Source: an uncultured Solirubrobacteraceae bacterium (GTDB taxonomy: Bacteria > Actinomycetota > Thermoleophilia > Solirubrobacterales > Solirubrobacteraceae). From it: a stretch of DNA of 64,000 nucleotides. Every line of letters begins with the position of its first letter. Within the stretch, counting starts at the first letter, position 1. Location: assembly GCA_963808675.1 (NCBI GenBank), contig CAWEGS010000007.1, positions 457,760-521,759 on the forward strand. Direction: 5' to 3'. This document shows, one piece after another, positions 58,197-64,000 of the stretch. The notes beneath the pieces are model-generated. The model ran no database searches and was not told the DNA's origin. It worked only from the letters and a program-made list of their open reading frames with translations. The translations under genes and the position numbers were made by a program.

Positions 58197-60599
58197 TCAG
58201 CTGAAGGGGATGACGTCGACCTGCGCGCCCGGGTGGTTCGACCCGTCGCTCAGCGATAGCGTCGCCCCGAGCTGGTTGCCGCGGGCGTGGGAGAGCATCG
58301 AGCGGGCCGATCGGCTGAGCGTGAAGTACACGAGGCCACAGTCCTGGCCGCCGACGAACTCGCTTCCGCTGCGGGCGAGCACGGTGCGCCCGCTCGACAG
58401 CGTCACGCTGGGGCGGCAGCCGGACGGCGAGGAGCAGGCGACGAACACGCTGCCAACGCCGCTCGGGCTGACGAACACGCTGTGGCTGAGGATCTGGAGC
58501 CCGCGCGACTGGGTGACCGACGTCTGCGGGCCGCTGCCGCGAGTGGTGTAGCCGATCAGGTTCATCCCGGAGCTCGTCCGGGCCCCGTCGGCGTTGACGA
58601 TGCTGACGTGGACGCCCAGCTGACGCCCGCGGGCGCGGCCGAGCATCGAGCGGCCCGCCGAGCTCAGCTTGAAGAAGATGGTCCCACCGGAGTTCGCGCC
58701 GATCGACTCTCGCCCGGTCTTCGCGATCACGGTCCTGCCTGCGGTGATCGTCGCCGAGGCCCGGCACGTGGTGGCGGAGAAGCAGCCGAGCGACAGCCCG
58801 CCCGCTCCGCCCTGCACGAACGCGCTGTGCCCGAAGATCGACAGCCGCGTTCCGCTCGTGCCCGACGCCGGCGAGTTGCTGAGCACCTTGCCCGAGCTGC
58901 TCACCGCCTGCACCGCGAAGAACTGCGCCTCGCTGTGGACCGAGATGCCGGTCTCGAACCCGTGCGCGTGCGCGCCCGCAACGGCGCCGAACGGGCCGCT
59001 TGCGGACGGCCCGGCGAATACCCGCCATGAGGACACGTTGGTGGCGCCGTTCCAGCTCGCGTAGACGGTGCTGACCCCGTTCGTGCCGCGGCTGACCGCG
59101 ATCGCCGGCGGCGTCACCGGTTCGCCCTGCCAGGGGAACCGGTACGCGCGGTAGCTGTTGGTGGGGGCGATGAACCGGGCGTCGAAGTCGAGCCTGCCGC
59201 TCGAGTTGAACTCCGACAGGTACGGCTGCTGGCCCCAGCCGACGAACAGCTCGCCGCCCTGCAGCGTCTGCGCGTTGCCCTCGTAGTTGGAGCTGAGCGA
59301 GGGCGAGTGGTTGTCCTGCGCGACGAGCGAGACGGTCATCTTCTTGAAGTTGAGCGCGATCCGGATCGCCCGGGACTGGGCGTGCTCGCGCGGTGGCCCG
59401 GCCCCGTCGTCGAACATCGTCAGCGTGCCGTCGGGCTGCACCTCGACGTCGTGCTGGAACGCGGTCCGCGTTCCGCTGCCCATCTTGAAGCTCGACCGGC
59501 TCGAGCCGAGCGTCCAGATCACGGCCCCGGTCTGCGTGTTGATCTTGTACGCCGCCCATGTGTTGCGCAGCGACACGATCGGGTTGCCGTCGCGGTCGAT
59601 CGCCACCGAGTTGATGTGGAACGGGTCGAACACGTGGCCGCCCGAGTTGGGATGGAAGTACGACTCGCTGAGCGGCACGTGGTCGACCGCGTGCCACTCG
59701 AACAGCACGAGCCCGGTCTTGATGTCGATCTCCTGCACGACCGCGTCCATCAGCGGCTTCTTGACCCCGGGCCAGTGCAGCGGCGAGACGGCGACGATCC
59801 ACGCGTCGCCCTGCGGGGTGAGCAGGAACTCGTGCAGGTCGGAGCCCTGCAGCCCGTTGCCTGCCCGTACGACCGCCACCGTCTGGTAGTTGGCGTTGAG
59901 GATGATGTCCATCCCCCGGCCGCTGCCGTTGTTGAGCGCACCCTCCCACCAGGTGAGCACCGGCTGCCCCAGGTACCGCTGGACGCGGAAGTCGGTGGCC
60001 AGCACGCCCTTGGGCAGCGGGTCGAACCAGATCAGGCTGCCGGTCTGGTCGAGCAGCTCCGGTCCGTCCTGGTAGGGCCCGAACTGTGGGGCCACGAACA
60101 GATCGCCGAGGTTCGGCGACTTGTTCTGGATCACCTTGACCGCCGCCGGCTGCAGGTCGGGACGCGAGTGGAAGTGCTTGACCGAGTTCGGGGGCGCCGA
60201 CACCTGCGTGATCCGGCCGGGGTTGATCGGGCCCGCCGGATTGGCGATCGCGAACCGGAAGATCCCGTTCTGGCCGCCGAGTACGTTGAGGTACGTAGCC
60301 ACCGTGACCGTCTCGTTCGGGGCGAACGGGTGGTCGGGGATGAAGCTCCCGCCGTCGCCGTCGGAGTCAGCGGCGATGTGGCCGCTGTGGTTCCCCGTGA
60401 CCGAGCCGGCCACGGCGATCGGGCCGATCGAGCCGGCGGGAATCCCGCGCAGCGTGATCTGGGTCCCCGGGAGCGCTGACTTCGTGCCGGGGCTGGGGAA
60501 CACGCTCACGGCCGGGCCGGCCGCCGATGCGCTTGCAACGCCGAGCAGCGCTGCCACCCCAGCCAGCACCACGATGCAGCACAGCCTCCTCCGGATCAT
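58197..60599 (-). CDS. Secreted arylsulfotransferase (ASST) family protein with N- and C-terminal accessory domains
   Basis: SRPDL, LTWWEG, DLHEF, DPFHINS, QHD, FDDG, EGNAQ.L, GWG, SYRAYR, YASWNGAT. Confidence 0.9.
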   Translation of the reverse strand: MIRRRLCCIVVLAGVAALLGVASASAAGPAVSVFPSPGTKSALPGTQITLRGIPAGSIGPIAVAGSVTGNHSGHIAADSDGDGGSFIPDHPFAPNETVTVATYLNVLGGQNGIFRFAIANPAGPINPGRITQVSAPPNSVKHFHSRPDLQPAAVKVIQNKSPNLGDLFVAPQFGPYQDGPELLDQTGSLIWFDPLPKGVLATDFRVQRYLGQPVLTWWEGALNNGSGRGMDIILNANYQTVAVVRAGNGLQGSDLHEFLLTPQGDAWIVAVSPLHWPGVKKPLMDAVVQEIDIKTGLVLFEWHAVDHVPLSESYFHPNSGGHVFDPFHINSVAIDRDGNPIVSLRNTWAAYKINTQTGAVIWTLGSSRSSFKMGSGTRTAFQHDVEVQPDGTLTMFDDGAGPPREHAQSRAIRIALNFKKMTVSLVAQDNHSPSLSSNYEGNAQTLQGGELFVGWGQQPYLSEFNSSGRLDFDARFIAPTNSYRAYRFPWQGEPVTPPAIAVSRGTNGVSTVYASWNGATNVSSWRVFAGPSASGPFGAVAGAHAHGFETGISVHSEAQFFAVQAVSSSGKVLSNSPASGTSGTRLSIFGHSAFVQGGAGGLSLGCFSATTCRASATITAGRTVIAKTGRESIGANSGGTIFFKLSSAGRSMLGRARGRQLGVHVSIVNADGARTSSGMNLIGYTTRGSGPQTSVTQSRGLQILSHSVFVSPSGVGSVFVACSSPSGCRPSVTLSSGRTVLARSGSEFVGGQDCGLVYFTLSRSARSMLSHARGNQLGATLSLSDGSNHPGAQVDVIPFS

Positions 60600-60776
60600 C
60601 GCCTTCCGGAACAGCTGACGGCACGGAACGTTGCGCGATCTGCGTCGATCCGGATGATCGTAGGCCATCGGATGTCAGCTCCGGATCAGCGTCGCGGGCA
60701 TATCCTTGACCAATGTCCTACCGGGCCAAGGCCCTGCGCCGCCGCACCGACTGCCCGGTGCTCCTGCCGTCCTGAG

Positions 60777-63209
60777 ATGAGCGATCCGGGGGTGGGGAGG
60801 GTGGTCGTGATCGGGGGCGGGATCACCGGCTGCAGCGTCGCGTACCACCTCGCGCGGGCCGGTTGCCGCGACGTGACCGTGCTCGAGAAGGGCGAGCTGA
60901 CGAGCGGCTCGACCCACCACGCCGCCGGGCTCGTCACCCAGTTCAACCCGTCGGCGACCATGATGCGCTTTCGCCGCTACAGCGTGTCGCTGTATGACCA
61001 CCTCGGCGTGTTCAACGCCGTCGGCAGCGTCCGGATCGCGTCCAGCCGCGACTCGCTGCTCGACCTCCAGCGGGCGGTCAGCCGCGCGCAGGCGCTCGGG
61101 CTCGAGGCGGAGATGATCGGGCCGGCCGAGGTGCTCGAGCACCTCCCGTTCGCCTCGCCCGATGCGCTGTTCGGCGGCGTGTGGATGGCCGGCGACGGCC
61201 ACGTCGACCCGCACATCACGACCCACGCGGTGGCCGACTCCGCCCGCGGGCTCGGGGTCAGGTTCCGGCTGCGCACGCGGGTGACCGGGATCGAGCTGAC
61301 GCCCGCCCACGCCGTCGCCGCAGTGCTCACCGACGGCGAGCGGATCGAGACCGAGCACGTCGTCAATGCGGCCGGCGTGTGGGCGCCGCAGGTGGCGGAG
61401 ATGGTCGGCGCGCGCCTGCCGTCGGTGCCGGTCGAGCATCAGCACGTGCTGATGCAGGCAGTGCCCGGAGCCGAGATCCCGCGCGCGAGCCCGTGCTTTC
61501 GCGATACGGACAACCTCGTCTACGGCAGGGACGAGGCCGGCGGGATGCTGATCGGCGGCTACGAGGGCGACCCTGTCGCCCGGTGGATCGACGGCGTCCC
61601 GTGGGAGCACGGTGCCAGCCCGGTGGAGTCCGACATGGACCGGTTCGCGCCACTGCTTGAGGGGGCGATCCGGCGCTTCCCGTTCCTCGACCGGGCAGGC
61701 GTGATCCGGCTCCTCTGCCATCCGGACGCGATGACTCCGGACGGCAACCCGCTGCTGGGTCCCCTTCCGGGGACCCCCGGGTTCTGGGTGGCGGCCGGGC
61801 TGTCGCTGAACGGGTTCGGAGGCGCGGGTGGGATCGGCCGCGCGCTCGGCGAGTGGATCGTGGCCGGCGAGCCGTCGATCGACGTCGGCTCCTACCGCGC
61901 GTGGCGGTTCGGCGCCGCCTACCGCGACCCGTGGTTCGCGACCGCCTGCGCCCGCGAGGCCTACCGTTACTACTACCGCCTGCGCTACCCGCTCGACTCC
62001 GACGAGTGGGGCCGGGGCCTGCGCCCGAGCCCGCTCCAGGTGCGCACCCAGGAGCTCGGCGCCGTGTACGGGTCCAAGAACGGGTGGGAGCGGCCCGACC
62101 ACTTCGAGCCCGGCTGCCGCTGGCGGCGCAGCGGGGCCGACCAGCGCCGGTTCGGGTTCGCCACGCCGCCTTGGTTTCACCGCGTCGGGGCCGAGCACGC
62201 GGCCGTCCGCGAGCGCGTCGGGATCTTCGACATGGCCTCGTTCGGCAAGCTCGAGGTGTCCGGTCCTGGAGCGCCGGCACTGCTCGAGCGCGCGTGCGAC
62301 AGCCTGATCGACCGCGATGTCGGCACAGTGATCTACACCCAGTTCCTCAACCGCCGCGGCGGGATCGTCGCCGACGTGACCGTCACCCGGCTCGGGCCGC
62401 AGTGGTTCCGTGTGATCACCGGCGCCGGGGTCGTCGATGCCGACCGCGGCTGGCTCGAGCTGAGCCGCTCGGCCACCGACGGCGAGGTGACGATCCGCGA
62501 CGTGAGCGATGAGCTGGCGGTGGTCGGTCTGTGGGGACCGCGCGCCCGTGACGTGCTCGCCGCCTGCACCCCCGACGACGTGTCCGGCGAGGCGATCCCG
62601 TTCCGGCGAGCCGCCATCGTGTCCGTGGCGGGCGCCGCGGTCCTGGCTCAGCGGATCACGTACGTCGGGGAGCTCGGTTACGAGCTGTACGTCGAACCCC
62701 GCTGGGCGGTGCAGGTGTGGGACCGGCTGATCGCCGCCGGCGGGCCGCACGGGATCGCCCCGGCCGGGTACCGGGCGCTCGAGTCGTTGCGGCTCGAGAA
62801 GGGCTACCGGTACTTCGGCACCGACCTCACCCCGGCCGACACCCCGTACGAGAGCGGCCTTGGGTTCTGCGTCGCGCTCGGCAAGGGTGAGTTCAGCGGG
62901 CGCGCGGCGCTGAGCAGTCCCGGGGCGTCGTCGCCTGCCCGGCGCCTGCGCACCTTGACCGCGGCCGAGGACGGCGCGTTCGTGCCCGTGTACGGCGGCG
63001 AGGCGGTGCGGATCGGCGGCGAGGTCGTCGGCCGGGTGCGCAGCTGCGGTTACGGCTACACGGTCGGGGCGACGATCGCCTTGGCTACGCTGCCCGCTGA
63101 TGTCGCGCAGGATGACGAGGTGACCATTGACGTGTTCGGCGAGATGTTGCCCGCCCGCGTGCGGCCGGACGCGCTCGTCGACCCGGACGGGGAGCGTCTC
63201 CGTGCCTGA
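60777..63209 (+). CDS. FAD-dependent dimethylglycine/sarcosine dehydrogenase family protein (GcvT domain)
   Basis: IGGGITG, LTSGSTHHAAG, TPDG, GWERP, FGK, YVGELGYE, SLRLEKGY. Confidence 0.93.
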   Translation: MSDPGVGRVVVIGGGITGCSVAYHLARAGCRDVTVLEKGELTSGSTHHAAGLVTQFNPSATMMRFRRYSVSLYDHLGVFNAVGSVRIASSRDSLLDLQRAVSRAQALGLEAEMIGPAEVLEHLPFASPDALFGGVWMAGDGHVDPHITTHAVADSARGLGVRFRLRTRVTGIELTPAHAVAAVLTDGERIETEHVVNAAGVWAPQVAEMVGARLPSVPVEHQHVLMQAVPGAEIPRASPCFRDTDNLVYGRDEAGGMLIGGYEGDPVARWIDGVPWEHGASPVESDMDRFAPLLEGAIRRFPFLDRAGVIRLLCHPDAMTPDGNPLLGPLPGTPGFWVAAGLSLNGFGGAGGIGRALGEWIVAGEPSIDVGSYRAWRFGAAYRDPWFATACAREAYRYYYRLRYPLDSDEWGRGLRPSPLQVRTQELGAVYGSKNGWERPDHFEPGCRWRRSGADQRRFGFATPPWFHRVGAEHAAVRERVGIFDMASFGKLEVSGPGAPALLERACDSLIDRDVGTVIYTQFLNRRGGIVADVTVTRLGPQWFRVITGAGVVDADRGWLELSRSATDGEVTIRDVSDELAVVGLWGPRARDVLAACTPDDVSGEAIPFRRAAIVSVAGAAVLAQRITYVGELGYELYVEPRWAVQVWDRLIAAGGPHGIAPAGYRALESLRLEKGYRYFGTDLTPADTPYESGLGFCVALGKGEFSGRAALSSPGASSPARRLRTLTAAEDGAFVPVYGGEAVRIGGEVVGRVRSCGYGYTVGATIALATLPADVAQDDEVTIDVFGEMLPARVRPDALVDPDGERLRA

Positions 63210-63903
63210 GCCGGCGATCCGCGCGATCGTGCTCGACTTCAATGGCACGCTCGCCCAGGACGACGAGCTCGTCTCGCAGCTTGCGCTGGACGGATTCGCC
63301 TCGGTCGGCGTGAGCCTCACGCGCGAGGAGTACCACCGGGAGTTCGCCGCCCTTCCCGACCGGGTGATGTTCGACGTGGCGCTCGAGCGGGCAGGTCTGG
63401 CTCCGGACCCCGAGCGCCGCGACGCGCTCGTCGCGGCCCGCCGCGAGGGCTATCTGGCCGGCGTCGCCGACGCGCCCCCGATCGCCGAGCACGCGCTCGC
63501 GTTCGTACGCGCGGCGGCCGAGGTCGTTGAGCTCGCGATCGCCTCCGGCGCGTTCCGCAGGGAGATCGAGCACGTGCTGCTGCACGCGGGCGTCAGCGAG
63601 CACTTCAAGGTCGTCGTCTCGATCGACGATGTCGTCCGCGGCAAGCCCGACCCCGAGGGCTACCGGCGCGCGCTGCACCAGCTCAACGAGCTGACCGCCG
63701 CGGACCCGCCGATCGCTGCCCGGGAGGCGGTCGCGGTCGAGGACGCCACCGACGGGGCGCGCGCCGCGCGGGACGCCGGGATGCGGGTGGCGGCGATCCG
63801 CGGGCTCGGCTACGACGAGGACAGCGGGGTCGCCGACCTCGTCTTCGACCGGCTCGACGTGAGCGCCCTGGAGCGGATGCTCGCCCTCGGGTCCGGGTCG
63901 TGA
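63202..63903 (+). CDS. HAD family phosphatase
   Basis: DFNGTL, ASG, KPDP, VEDA..G. Confidence 0.88.
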   Translation: MPEPAIRAIVLDFNGTLAQDDELVSQLALDGFASVGVSLTREEYHREFAALPDRVMFDVALERAGLAPDPERRDALVAARREGYLAGVADAPPIAEHALAFVRAAAEVVELAIASGAFRREIEHVLLHAGVSEHFKVVVSIDDVVRGKPDPEGYRRALHQLNELTAADPPIAAREAVAVEDATDGARAARDAGMRVAAIRGLGYDEDSGVADLVFDRLDVSALERMLALGSGS

Positions 63904-64000
63904 GCGGCGTCTCGGATGCCGCGCTCGACGCCGTGCGCGGCCAGGTCCCGGAGCTGCGCGACCCCGACCTCGCCGTCGCCCCGATCACGGGCGGGATGAC
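63900..64000 (+). CDS. Probable choline/ethanolamine kinase family protein, 5' part only
   Basis: My translation is MSGVSDAALDAVRGQVPELRDPDLAVAPITGGM(T), resembling the GGxTN loop; GTGA overlap with the HAD gene. Confidence 0.5.
   Translation, partial: MSGVSDAALDAVRGQVPELRDPDLAVAPITGGM

Noticed and set aside
44052-63320. Long antisense or alternate-frame ORFs (e.g. 44052-46046, 51591-52985, 58072-59949, 60675-63320)
   Set aside because: These are shadow ORFs expected from high GC3 bias; they overlap well-supported genes and have no recognisable motifs.

Overview
Very GC-rich actinobacterial DNA; the gene families and secreted-protein C-terminal modules suggest Solirubrobacterales/Thermoleophilia (inference). 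The window is a gene-dense accessory and metabolic region of about 60 genes. I recognised no rRNA, tRNA, CRISPR array, transposase or integrase. More than ten otherwise full-length genes are broken by small indels, which points to long-read consensus errors rather than true pseudogenes. Main contents: a cobalamin riboswitch upstream of a BHMT-like homocysteine methyltransferase; two ArsR-SRPBCC cassettes; a Tat/redox cluster (TatA, Tat ferritin-like protein, orphan Rieske protein, MOSC fusion); an ECF41 sigma factor with face-to-face cognate promoters; a LacI/amidohydrolase/thiol dioxygenase unit; an AfsR-like regulator with its probable target operon; secreted GH3, ASST and beta-propeller proteins; and a dimethylglycine dehydrogenase-like operon. 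The best candidate for an undescribed system is the operon at 24291-26893. It encodes a STAS protein, a CarH/MerR-type DNA-binding domain fused to a pseudo-receiver (Asp to Glu), and a double-domain KaiC-like ATPase. Its near-consensus sigma-70 promoter is overlaid by ~11-bp-periodic direct repeats. All family assignments come from reading motifs by eye; no database search was run.
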